The notes beneath the pieces were generated by a model, which was not told where the DNA came from, did no database searches, and was given only the letters and a program-made list of their open reading frames with translations. 64,000 bases of DNA, taken from Takakia lepidozioides. Lineage: Eukaryota > Plantae > Bryophyta. Each line of letters starts with the position of its first letter. Position 1 is the first letter of the stretch. Shown in pieces: positions 39,411 to 51,888 of the stretch. A program made the position numbers and the translations under genes. The DNA lies in contig CM060734.1 of assembly GCA_030704615.1 (NCBI GenBank), forward strand, positions 59,892,001-59,956,000, given 5' to 3'.

Positions 39411-40434
39411 GCAAGTCCCACTACCCGACTGAGCCCCTCACAACATCACTGACACCGATGGAATGCTTGCAGTCCTCTACATCGATTTTATGACGATTGC
39501 CTTTGCGCAAAATTGACAATGACAAGAGAAAAAATTTGTGAACGCCCCTGGGAGGCATGCCCCGCCATATCTCGGACCCTCCGCTGAGTCTCGTTCCTGC
39601 TGTGGTCCGGGAGGCAGGGACGTTCAAAGTTGTGAAAGCGACCGTTGTAGGAGTAAGTTTTTCTTACCACTTATGGTGATTAGTGATTCTACACCTTATA
39701 CAAGGAACATGTTACTTGGAATTTTGTTCAACCTGAGCTATTGAATTGGTCTTTCAGGTTTACCTCAGTCCTTGGCTCCAGGGGGGAATACTGCAGTGTT
39801 GTACTGGTATGTGTCAATTGACCTGGGTATGTGCCCAGGTCTGAGTAAGGGTATTGTAGAACATACCAGATGGGTATGTCTTGGGGCTTATACCCCGGAA
39901 TACCATGGACCCCGGGTTTTGAAGATTGGACCTACCCCCCCCCTAACTTCATACCAGTCGAAGTATGAACTATTTTCATACTCAGCTTGAGACCTGTATT
40001 GAGGATTGATGAACCCAAGCTAGCATGGATATGTGTAATGATACAATTTGTTTGTGCTTATCCTCATTCACATTTGTGCAATGTGACAAATAGCACTATA
40101 TCTTTGTAAAATTTACCAAAAAAAATGAAGAAATCATTCTCTACATATCATATCTTTATACATATATACATATACTCCCTTGCACATATAGCCATAGTAT
40201 CTCCATGTATACTCATGCCTCCTATGAGGGTATGTCCCACATGACATTAATCATACCAGCCATGCACCATACCACGTGGATCTACCCTGGCCAGCTTGGG
40301 CTTAGAGGTCCATTAGGACCAGGACCAGTCTGGTATGTCAAAATGGACATACCAGTAGAACACTGCGTTGGACTGGTATACCGATAAGAAACTGGTATCA
40401 ATTTTGGTATGTATACTAGTATGAAGTACCAGAC

Positions 40435-41962
40435 CAGTGTTGGACTGGTATCATATTTTGAACACACCAGGCTGGTACTGGTATATAGGCCTCCGGCCAA
40501 TTGTGATACCAGGGAGATATTGGTATTTGGATACCATGGTGGTATCAATAATACCTGATTGGTGTGGTGTTTTACGGGTATCAATAGCAAGAGTTTTTAG
40601 AAATCGATACCAGGGTTTATCAATACTAGTCTGGTATCAAAAAAAAATTCATGATATGTTAACCCCTAAAGGACGAGAGGTGTTTTTGGGTTTTTGGACA
40701 ATTCCGGGACCCACCCTCACACGTCAGCGGATACCTGCCCAATAACGTACAAACTGCTTCCTACCTACCAGATGCACAAGCCCCCCAAATTTTGGGAGAT
40801 TCCACCTTGTAGTTTGGGAGATTATAACATTTGAAGATGGTGCATTTTTTGGGAAATGGAAAAAACAAAGCAAAAGTTCATGTTTGACCAAGCAAATTAT
40901 CCATGATCCCAAATTTTCCTGGGAGAAAAAGTACTATATTCTTGTGAAGTGCACAATCCCAAACCCTCACACCAAATTTCACCCCACCTGCCAAAATGAA
41001 GTGGGGGGTGCTTTGTATGTGACTGGAATGGGGGTCCAAAAAGAGAATTTGCAAAGGAAATGGTATAGGCCCCATTGGGACCCCAAATTCTCTTTCAATT
41101 GGGAATTCCAACGGTCAGTCCCTCATAGGCCAAGAACTACACAAGCCTGCCCAAGAATTTCCCCAAAATTCCATAAATTTCATTTGGGATGTGGGATTTT
41201 GTGAAATTTCCGACCTCCTCCAGGTCAGGCAATCGGTGGCCAGAATTTCGCTTGAATCCAGCGACTTTTTCCGGGCCACGTCGAGGTTTCCCATTTGCGA
41301 GGGCCAGCTCATTGGAGCCGTCCCTGCCTTCCTCGGTGTTTTGGGGAGGGCCTCACAAGCAGCCGACTCCAACCCCTACATGGCCCCCCGCCCCAAAAAC
41401 CCACCCGCGTGGCCACTGCCACTTCCCATGTTGACAGTCAACCGCCGTGGGGCCCTGCTCCACCCAAAATCCTGCAATTTCCAAACTTCAAATTTTTTTT
41501 GTGAGGGCTAAGTTTTTCTCTGTTGGGGCGCCATAAAGACTTGCGTGGAGCTCGTTACGCGCTACATTTTTCAATCAAGCCACTCATTCATCGGACTTCA
41601 TCCGTGCATGCTACGGATGGATGAAAAATCAGGCTGACCCTATTCGGGTCGGCTCGTCGTTTAGGGGTTAAATATTGAAAGGCCCACTTCTCGTATAAAT
41701 GTGTACAAGCATGCTTCTCAAAGTATTCCTCAAGTTCCTCCAAGTATTGATACCTAGGTTTTCCTCACAAATATGGATATGGTACTGATATCTGGTATCT
41801 ACCAGATTGGTAGGGTATCGTCCACAATTAGGAAGGAGATACCAGGCCAATACAGGTATATGCTAGGTAGTGGCCTGAGGTGATACCAAGACTGGTCTGG
41901 TACTTCATACCAGTATACATACCAGTATTGATACCAGTTTCCGGTATACCAATCCAACACTG
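40435..41962 (-). mobile_element. hAT-type MITE with perfect 8-bp TSD
   Basis: CAGTGTTGGAC...ATCCAACACTG flanked by TACCAGAC at 40427-40434 and 41963-41970. Confidence 0.85.
40663..41667. mobile_element. piggyBac-like non-autonomous element (TTAA TSD, 15-bp TIR)
   Basis: TTAA (40659-40662) CCCCTAAAGGACGAG ... CTCGTCGTTTAGGGG TTAA (41668-41671). The empty site caatatTTAAcatatc is seen in paralogous MITE copies at ~24143 and ~42202. Confidence 0.85.
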
Positions 41963-44289
41963 TACCAGACCAAGTCTGGTATCACTCAGGCCACTACCTA
42001 GCATGTACCCGTATTGGCTTGGTATGTGCTTCCTAATACTGTGGACGGTACTCTACCAGTCTGGTAGGTGGTTGAAAATCTGGTACCTGATACCAGATCC
42101 ATTTTTTGTGAGGAAAACCTGGTATCAATACTTTGAGGAACTTGAGGAATAAAATCAATGAGAAGCATGCTTGTACACATTTATATGAGAAGTGGGTCTT
42201 TCAATATTTAACATATCATGAGTTTTTTTTTTATACCAGACCAGTATAGATAATACCCTGGTATCGATTTCTAAAAACTCTTGCTATTGATACCAGTAAA
42301 ACACCACACCAATCGGGTATTATTGATACCACCATGGTATCCAAATCTCAGATTTTTGCCAATACCAGTACCTCCCTGGTATCACAATTGGCCGGAGGCC
42401 TATATACCAGTGTTGGACCGATATATAGGTCCAACCCGGGTATCAATACTGATATCAATCCGGATAGGTAATACCATACCCGACTTTGGTAGGTAGGGTG
42501 GTCAATACCTGGACAATACCATACTAGGGGCAAATACATACCTTGCTCCATACTATGGTATATATTAGTGTTGGACCGGTATCACCAACATTTCATTCTA
42601 GCCAGGGTTTGGTATTGTCGGTGAAGAGGCCTCCGTCATACCCGGCAGGTAATGGTATCAAAGTAGGTATTAAACTTTTTATGTACCAGTATGGTATGTA
42701 CATTGTTTTTGTTTGGCATGGTATGGTATGGTATCAATATTGCAAATTTCAAATCTTATATTGGGAGTATATCAATACTGGTACCAATACAAGTTTTGTT
42801 TTTGTTTTTTTTAAAGCTGAATGCTGCACTTCAGCCGCTGAGGTGCGGTATTCAGTTTTAAAATAAATAAAAATAAAAATAAAAATATGTCCAAATTATA
42901 CCGCTGAAGTGGCTGAGGTGCGCACTCCAGCCGCGGAGTGCCGCAATTCATGATAACAAGGAGCCCGATCTCACCTGAGGTAATTTGAGGTAACCCTATA
43001 AGAGCTGCATTACAAGCTGATAAATGAGACGATGCTCCGAGCCTAAGCAGATTTGAATGGCGAAATCAGAGCACTCTACTCTTCTTCTCCAAACAAGCCA
43101 GCCTGCCCCAGCTCATCTTCACACTCCTCTAGCAGCTCAGCTTCTGCAGAATAATATTCTGAAATTGATTGCTTAGCCAGTTGGCACCCCATACTTGCAT
43201 CATTTGTTGCACCCTTAATCCCTAACACTCCACATATTGATATCTAGGGTGAAAGCGACGGCGGAAGACATAGTACTGGTATCGACAAAGCTGCATTCCT
43301 TGCGGTAGGAGCCCATATATTAGCATTTTACTATATTGCCCCCAATATGTTCTGCCGGGGGTATTGCCAGTTGCTTATACCCACCTAGTCTGGTACCTTG
43401 CCGCGATACCCTTGACCGTGCTGATACCCCGCCTCGCCCCCATATACCGGTCCAACACTGGTATATACCATACCCGTAATAATATTAATATTTGACGCCT
43501 CCTGAAGGAAGCGTAAATTATGGTGTCTCTTCACCCCAAAGGGTTAATGCCTTCCATTAGGAAGGTGAACACCTTTGTGACACCAAGGGTGGATTGAACC
43601 CACAACCACTTCCAAGGTGGTATGTGCCCATTACCCATATGGTATTGCGATGGACAAGATTGGTATTGATACCAGTATTGCTGCTATGTGAGCTTCCTAA
43701 GGCACACGAGTATGTGCGGAGTTAGCGCAAGGGAATTCAAGGGCATTTATGGCATCTGCTTTATACTCAAGGTGCAATGTGCAAAAATATAGGTATGATA
43801 TGGTGTATTTTTGCATGTGCAATGTGTATGTTTCCCCAAATAATCCTAAATAATGTATTAGGGCTTGCCCCCGTATTTTATAATAAAGTTAACCAGGGCA
43901 CTAATCCCCCTATTAACCAAAAATAAATAAAATAAAAATAAAAATGTATGAGCAATGTATTTTTGTATGTGCATTGTGCTGTAATTGTGATCCATTATGA
44001 AGGTCAATTTTTTTTCTCAGGTTATTGAATATTTTCTTGAATATACTAAATATTTCATATACATAGTGACCCGGCGGGGGAATATTCATATTCCCCCATA
44101 TGAGATGGAAAAAAAAAAATATTGATAACCTACTCATATACATCCACAATTTTACTCTATTGATACCCCTCCTATACCCTACCCGGTCCCTTACCCCAAT
44201 ACCATGACCACACCAGTTTTGGGAAATGTGGGCCCTTGTGATACCAGGACCAGTCTGGTATCATATTTTCGTGACACCAGTCCAACACT

Positions 44290-44947
44290 GGATTCTACCG
44301 ACCCTCAATCCGTAGGACATTTTAGCCACACTGCTGGTGTCTGTCCTCGAGTAGTCTTGGATTGGTCTGTGCAAAACCACATGGGTGCAGTTGAGCAGCC
44401 ATAATTTTCAACAAAGCATCCAGGCTTCCAATTACCTTCTAAACACCAGGAAAACCTTGGGCAATATATTTCCATGGCCTGCTTAGAAACCATAACCTCG
44501 GATAGTGATTGAAAGAAACACTTCCGCATAACAAAACAACTCCACCACCCAAAAAGCCCCACCTTGCCATTGCGGGTTGTCCCAGTGGTGAAAGATCTAT
44601 AACGGACTCTTGCCAGCACTGTTCCATGCTCCATGGTTGACCTTCATGCTAGAAACTCCAAGAGCATGAACTAACGCATGCACCCTTTTGACAGGTTACT
44701 CTCTCGCTGGAAAATTCTGAACTCTTGTGAATCTCTGTAGTGGACAGAGCGTTTTTTGTCATTGTCATTGTTCCCAATAGCTCCACAAGCAAAGAAAGAG
44801 CGGGTGGTGGGCATGTCAGCATACCGGCTCCACATTTGAGTGGAAAAACTGTACGCATAAACTGACCTGAGAGTTTCCAAGGCGAAAGAACTGACGAGGC
44901 AAGGCACTTCTATGCAAAGTTGTGTTTTTGGTGGAATCTCCGAACCA
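44290..44947 (-). pseudogene. Kelch-repeat gene fragment, copy 2 (inverted duplicate of 32544-33205)
   Basis: Near-identical reverse-complement sequence, with a small deletion in the VAGGH region. Confidence 0.7.
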
Positions 44948-45534
44948 GAAATGGTAGATCACAGGGGAAGGGGGATTTTGTGTTTTGTGCTTCAGTTCAA
45001 AATGGCATCATTGCCAGCTTTCTCACGTATTTGATTGGTTACTTAGAGGGGAAATTATGTCTTGCTTGCAGACTAATTTCTTTTTGCATCAATGCAGGTG
45101 TTGGATGTTGTTCACATTAGGAGGTTGAAGTTCTAACTGCAAGATGGGCAATGCAGCAGGCATCAGCAAAGGAGAAATGGACAGCGCTGAATTGTATACA
45201 AACGGCAGCCACGCATGACTCACAGAGTAAACGTTTCAATCCCAAGAATCGATGCCAAGGGGAGAGTGCATCTGCCCACCCGATTCTTCTCCTTCAAATG
45301 AGTCAATGAGCAGCAACGGCAAAGGACACCTTTGCGTGGTCTCCCCTCTGTAGGAGGAGCCAACAAAGTGGTACAGGTTTTTTCTCAAAGTTTGATGCCT
45401 GCAGTGCTCTACAACCCTGTTAATCCGCGCCGACATGCCTGTCCTCTTGGAGAGACCTTTCTCTGAAGTCACAAAGACTTTCAGATATGTATCTTAATGT
45501 ATCTGGAATTGCTGGTAACTAGAACTCATGCAGG

Positions 45535-48182
45535 ATGGCAGCATTAAATCAGGCAATTTTTTTTGAGTCAGGCACTTCCACTATGACTGCTTCTGGAAAT
45601 AGAGCGAGAGAGGGATTCAACAAGAGCTCTTCTGTCAATTGTGGGGATGTGATGGGACTATGTAAGCCAGGGAAACTGAAAGAGGCGCTGCATATTTTGA
45701 ACCGACAAGGTATTTTGGCAGACTTCAATGCTTACGGTGGTCTCTTGCAGGAGTGCAGCAAAATTAAGAATCTGCAAATGGGAAAGCAGGTGCATGCCCA
45801 CATCATCCGAAGTGGATTACAGCCAAACCTCTTTCTCCTGAACACCCTTGTCAACATGTATTCCAAGTGTGGGAGTGTGGTGGATGCACGCCAAGTATTT
45901 GACAGAATGCCTGTGCGGGGTGTGTTTTCATACACAATAATGATAGCAGGATATGCGAAGCATGGGTGTGGCAGGGAGGCTTTAGAGATCTATCAGCAAA
46001 TGATACGGGAAGGGGTGACGCCCAACAATGTCACATTCATTTGCATACTCAAGGCGTGCTCCAGCCTAGGAGCCTTGGAAAAGGGCAAGGAGGTCCATGG
46101 TTACCTCATCAAAGCCGGAATTGCCTCAGATATCATTCTCGAGACTGTCCTTGTTGACCTATATGCCAAATGCGGTAGTGTCAAGGAGGAAAGTGTTTGA
46201 CAAAATGGCTAAACGAGACACGGTCTCATGGAAGCCATGATTGCAGGATATGTGCAGCATAAAACATGTGGGGAGGCTTTCAAGCTGTATGAGCAAATGC
46301 AAGGGGAAGGTTTGATGCCCAACAGGGTCACATTCATTTCTGTTCTTAGTGCATGTGCCAACCTTGGATCCCTGGAAAAGGGCAAGAAGGTCCATACTGA
46401 CATAGTGAAAGCTGGAATTCCACAAGATATCATTATCGAGACTGCCCTTGCTGACATGTATGCCAAATGCGGGAGCATAAAGGATGCACGCCAAGTGTTT
46501 AACAATATGACTAAACGAGATGTTGTCTCGTGGAGTACGATGATCACTGGGTATGCTCAGCATGGGTTTGGTAGGGAGGCTTTGGAGATGTACAGGCAGA
46601 TGATACAGGAAGGGTTGACACCTGACAAGGTCACGTACATATGCATTCTCAATGCGTGTGCCTGTATAGGAGATCTGAGAAAGGGCAAAGAGGTCCATGC
46701 TGACATCATCAAAGCTCTAGTTCCATCATATACAAATTTGGACAATACCCTTGTAGACATGTATGCCAAATGCGGGAGTATGAAGGATGCACATGGAGTG
46801 TTTGACGATATGGCTCAACGTGATGTGGTCTCATGGAACACCATGATAGCAGGATATGCTCAGCATGGATTTGGTAAGGAGGCTTTCAAGATGTATGGAC
46901 AAATGATACAGGAAGGACTGACACCTGACATGGTTACATTCATCTCCATTCTCACTGCCTGTGCCAGCTTAGGAGCACTGGAAAAGGGTAAAGAGATCCA
47001 TGCAGACATCATCAAAGCTGGAATTGCATCATACGTAAATTTGGAGAATACCCTTGTCGACATGTATGCAAAATGTGGGAGCATGAAGGATGCGTGCCAA
47101 GTATTTGACAATATGGCTGAACGGAATGTGGTCTCATGGAATGCCATGATCGCAGGATATACTCAGCATGGGTGTGGTAAGGAGGCTCTTGACACCTATG
47201 AGAAAATGCAATCGAAAAGGGTGATGCCTGACAGGATCACGTTTATTCAATGCGTGTGCAAGTCTATGATCCGTGGAAAAGGGCAAAGAGGCCCATGCTG
47301 ACATGATCAAAGCTGAAATTGAGCCAGATATCAGTCTGCAGACATCCCTTGCTGACATGTATGCCAAAGCTGGGAGCATGAAGGATGCGTGTCGCGTGTT
47401 TGACAATATGGCTGAACAACATGTGGTCTCATGGAATGCAATGATTGCAGGATATGCTCAGCATGGCTATGGTGGGGAGGCTTTCGAGATGTATGAGCAA
47501 ATGATAAGGGAAGGAGTGACGCCAAATTTGGTCACTTTCACTAGCTCTATCAATGCGTGTGCCATTCTAGGATCCCTGGAAAAGGGCATGGCAGTCCATT
47601 CTGAGATCATCAAAGCTGGAATTGCTCCAGATGTCATGCTGAAGAATACCCTTGTTGACATGTATGCCAAATGTGGAAGTGTGAAGGAAGCACGTCAAGT
47701 GTTTGACAAAATGACTAAATGAAATGTTTGTCTCATGGAGCGCAATGATTGCAGGATATGCGCAGCATGGTTGTGGTCGGGAGGCCCTGCAAATCTTTGA
47801 AGAAATGCAACAGAAAGCCTTGAAACCAGACAGTGTCACCTTTATGGGGCTACTCTCTGCCTGTAGCCATGCTGGCCTTGTGGATGAAGGCTGTCACTTG
47901 TTTGATTCTATGAGACGAGATCATGGCATCACTCCTACAGTGGAGCATTTTGGCTGCATAGTGGACCTTCTTGGCCGTGCAGGGCGATTGGATGAGGTGC
48001 AGGACCTCATCAACAAAATGACAATCAAACCAGGTGTTGCGGTGTGGGGGGCCTTGCTTAGTGCCAGCAGTATCCATGGCGATGTGGATGTAGCAGAACT
48101 TGCAGCAAAACGCCTTCTCAAGCTGGACCCACAGGATGCTGCAACTTATGTGCTGCTATCGAACGTTCAAGGATGTCCATGA
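45535..48182 (+). pseudogene. PLS-class (E-subgroup) PPR gene, intronless, with frameshifts near 46190 and 47250 and a TGA/frameshift at 47720; no DYW domain seen
   Basis: Tandem P-L-S triplets (LVDMYAKCGS...VSWNAMIAGYAQHG), then LSACSHAGLVDEG, HFGCIVDLLGRAG and the E-domain WGALLSASSIHG...TYVLLSN. Degenerate PPR remnants follow to ~48600. Confidence 0.9.
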
Positions 48183-49539
48183 AGTGTTTGACATATGCGC
48201 AGAATGCGATGATGACAGGATATGCTCAGTATGGCTGTGGGAGGGAGGCTTTCGAGATGTATAAGACAAATGATACAGGAAGGGGTGAAGCCAAACGAGG
48301 TGATGGGAAATTGCAGAGAGGTCTGTACTGACATGAATTCTGCCAGATATCATTCTGCAGATTACCCTTGTAGATATGTATGCTAAATGTGGAGCAATGT
48401 CTGTCAGTGTTCTACAATGTTGCAATGAGATATGGTTTCTTGGAGTGTGATGTTGCCCATATATGGCCTCTGTGGGTATGTAAGGAGGCCCTTCAACTGT
48501 TTGTGCAAATGCAACACAGATGTTAGTGGTCATCACTAACATTTGGCCTGTAGTCATGTGGGCCTACTGGATGAAGGCCATCACTGCTTCCATTTCTTTT
48601 GAGCATGGAAAAAGCAATGGGGGTCATAGCTCCTGAAGGACCCTCCCACAAGTGGGCCCTTATTTAAAGTCTAGTCTAGAGAAGTGCTTACATGTCTGAG
48701 TAGGAAGTTAAGCTGTCTGGTGAAAGGTACCGATGTGCCCAATTTGTGAGGCATCCATTTCTGATGAGTTAGCGGTTTTTCTCCAGAGGCCTTTTTGTGA
48801 GCAATTAAAAACACTACTGCATCTCTTTTTGCCAAAATTGAGTCTGGTATGAACTTCGTTGTGAGTATGTTTACCAAGTAGCACTGTCTGCTGTCTTACA
48901 TATTAATTTTAGCCTCCTCATCCAGATGAAGGGCAAGGGTTGTGGCCGAGTGGAAATTTGATGGTGACCGAATGCAAGTACACAAGGATGGTGATTGCCT
49001 GCACTTCTGGTCACGGTACAGTCTTGTTCCTTGGTTTCCTTTGCAATTCTGCAATACCTCACCTGAACCTGCTAGCATCATTGCAATCAGAAGGCCCATT
49101 GCCATTCAATCAATGAATTACTTTCAGCTGTGAGGACCCGAAAAGCCTGGCCTACCTACATTGAGCCACTTAGTTTCTGGGCTGTTTGACATTTCCTGAA
49201 GTGCTTTCTTCTTCTTGTGCTGCTCTGTCCAATAAAGCAAACCTCTAGTGGGATACTTCGAAGCAAGGTCTGCACCTGCCCGGTTTGAGCAAGCCCACTT
49301 TTGCACACTTGCTACATAGATATGCAGCATCAAGGTTAAGGTCAGCTGAATTGCTAGGTTTCTGGGTGGGGCAGAAATGGGAAGGAACATGCAGAATACA
49401 ATGTTGCACTTGGTCCTCTTCTTCAGCAACAAATTAAATCAAAGCGGTGTGCCATCTCACCTACTTCACCCACTGCCAGAGTTTGTATGTACAATAAGAT
49501 GTCAAGCATACTTCAACACCTTCCAAATGTCTCCGGTCA

Positions 49540-49809
49540 CTACCAACGTCAGCCCCTGACAGAGGTAGGTTCTGTCCCTTTTGTTCCCGCTCAAACTGGG
49601 CGCGGGGTCAATGGCCACAAGGCTACGGCAAACAACGTCTTATGAGTACAATCTATTACATTGCTTCAAGGTTAAGTCTTACTACCAACGTCAGCCCCTG
49701 ACAGAGGTAGGTTCTGTCCCTTTGTGTTCCGCTCAAACTGGGCATGGGGTCAATGGCCACAAGGCTACGGCAAACAATGTCTTAAGAGTACATTCTATTA
49801 CATTGCTTA
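49540..49809 (+). mobile_element. Two tandem LINE 3'-end fragments
   Basis: Two ~130-140 bp units ctaccaacgtcagcccctgacag...gagtaca(a/t)tctattacattgctt matching the 3' end of the LINE at 56206. Confidence 0.8.
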
Positions 49810-49974
49810 GATTAGCTTTGGATTGATTCTGAGTTAAAAGGACAATGCTTTGCAACGTTATTAGGCCCACCTTGAAGTACACATTTGCCATACGGGAGGG
49901 CAATTCCAACCATGCTAAAACTTTGGAGTCCATCTCTTCCCCTTACGGGCACTGACCCCTTTCAGGGCTGGGCA

Positions 49975-50330
49975 AGCAATCTAATAGAATGTACTCAAAA
50001 GACATTGTTTGCAATAGCCTTGTGGCCATAGTCCCCATGCACAGTTTGGGTGACAAGAGGGAACATACACTACCTTGGTGAGGGGCTTCCTCCACTATTG
50101 GGACTTACCTTGATATAAACAATGTGTTCGGACTTTCCAGATTTCCTCTAGAAAACCCTTCACACAAGCATCAATCTGCTGTGTGTGATCTGCCCAGTGC
50201 CTTAGACCCCGACGAGGCCAGGGCTTTAGCCTCAGCCTCGAGATTTTGAAAGTTGGTGAATAGAGGTACAGGACTATGTTCCTGACAGTCACTGATCAGA
50301 ATACCCCGGACATTGTATCAGAAAATGGGT
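49975..50330 (-). mobile_element. Degenerate LINE 3' fragment
   Basis: Translates to WADHTQQIDACVKGFLEEIWK and has the same 3' tail. Confidence 0.75.
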
Positions 50331-51888
50331 ATTTGGTATTAGGCATGTGACACCATCCAACCTCGACTCATGATGTCAAGGGCTTAAGGACGGTAGGTCA
50401 CCTAGCCCACATTAGCTGTACAGCACGCTGATATGCTCTCTTGAGCACTTATTTACGCTCACTTCAGTTGGCGTCGTCTCTCTATTAGATTTGCTTTGAC
50501 TTACAGACTGAAGAAAGCAGAGACGTGCTCGACAGGGAGTTACTAGTATGGGACTGCTGTGAGGAGAGGTTCAAGCCACGCATGTAGGCTGGCAGGTATC
50601 TTACAAATTTGTAAGGCCCTGCTAGGTGCGGTTTTCACATTGGGGAAGGCCCCTCGTGTCAGGCCTTCCTGGATTTTCGGGCTTGCGCCCTCGTCTGCAG
50701 GGCCCTTAAATCCAGGAAGGCCCTCCACTCAGGGCCTTCCCCTACACAGTTCATTCCTTGAGCAATGATTGTTCTTGGCTGCTTGTGGAGGGTCCCTCTT
50801 TCTTCATTTCTTTTTTCTTTGCTCTTTGAGCTTTCCACAGAAAAAATATCATTTCATTCCATTTCTTCATATCTCCCTACTACTGGAAACCTCATGGGCA
50901 AGGTAATCACTGAAGCTTATTACTCATTTCTTGTAAATCTGATGCCTCGGCTCATGTTCTACTACATTCAGCAGGGCCTTACAAATTTGTAAGGTACCTC
51001 CAAAAACAGGAGGCAAGTTCTGCTCGGGAAGGTACCTCCAAATACAAAGCAAAAATAAGGTCAGGTTTTTCCGTACAAGAAAGAGGACCAAGAGTGATAG
51101 AGAGACAGCATAAGTTCAAACGGTAATTTTGAGTATGCCGCCGATTTTTTGCAGGTTTGATGTATCCCCAAATGCAAGTGAGTGTTGTACAGAAGAGGAG
51201 ATTGGAGAAAGTCAATCATGTGCAGTTGCATGCGATTGTCCAAAGTTCTATCTCTTTTAAGCTGACATTTCTTTTCTGCACTCAGCCTTTGCTTCTTGCC
51301 CATTCTGCTCACCATGAAACAGGGTCCTCCCCACAGCTCAATCTTCCATCATCTAGCCTTGTTCTTCATCTGACATATCATTCCTTAGTTGCTTGTTCAG
51401 TTACTTGGTTGTGAGAAAGAGATGTCATTGTTTGCTAAACTGTGTGAAGAACTGTCTTTCTTGTGTGGAGTAGATTGTTTAGTGCAGTCCTAAGACCCTC
51501 CTACTGCATTACTAACCTTGTATGACATGGAAGATGAATCCTAAGGGAAGCTTGCTTGCAGACTGCCAGGAAATGCAAGGATAACCTGATCTGCACAGTT
51601 TGCCTGTCCACCTATGGGTGCTGTACTTAACCAAGGTGGTGGCAGAGGTGGTGTTTGATATCTTATATGAAGAACGTGAAGGCAGTGTGCTGCATTTGCC
51701 TTTGACAGAATGCCATCTGCTCTTACAACGCATAGTCCACCCATGCTTCCCACACATTGTTCCTATCCATCCAGGTATTCTACCTCTTGCATGTTCCCAT
51801 GATCACTGGAAAACGAAAGACAATACCAATATCATACTCATATACAGCCCAAAATATAACTACTCATACCAGATTCATACCCAAGTTG

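Larger units (their letters stand above)
39794..44290. mobile_element. Cluster of nested hAT-type non-autonomous elements with (C/T)AGTGTTGGAC termini
   Basis: Termini at ~39794, 40435, 41962, 42408, 42566, 43460 and 44290, with dense GGTAT/ATACC subterminal motifs. Confidence 0.7.

Noticed and set aside
43575-43645. tRNA-like B box (gggttcaatcc) on the minus strand
   Set aside because: No convincing A box or cloverleaf.
47720-47722. Stop codon rescued by U-to-C RNA editing
   Set aside because: This is a nuclear gene, such editing is organellar, and a frameshift accompanies the stop.
50345-50480. Degenerate Cassandra/5S-like solo LTR on the minus strand (agcgtgct...ggtgacct, ending tgtcaca)
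   Set aside because: Only two short matches with wrong spacing, which is not supportable without a profile search.
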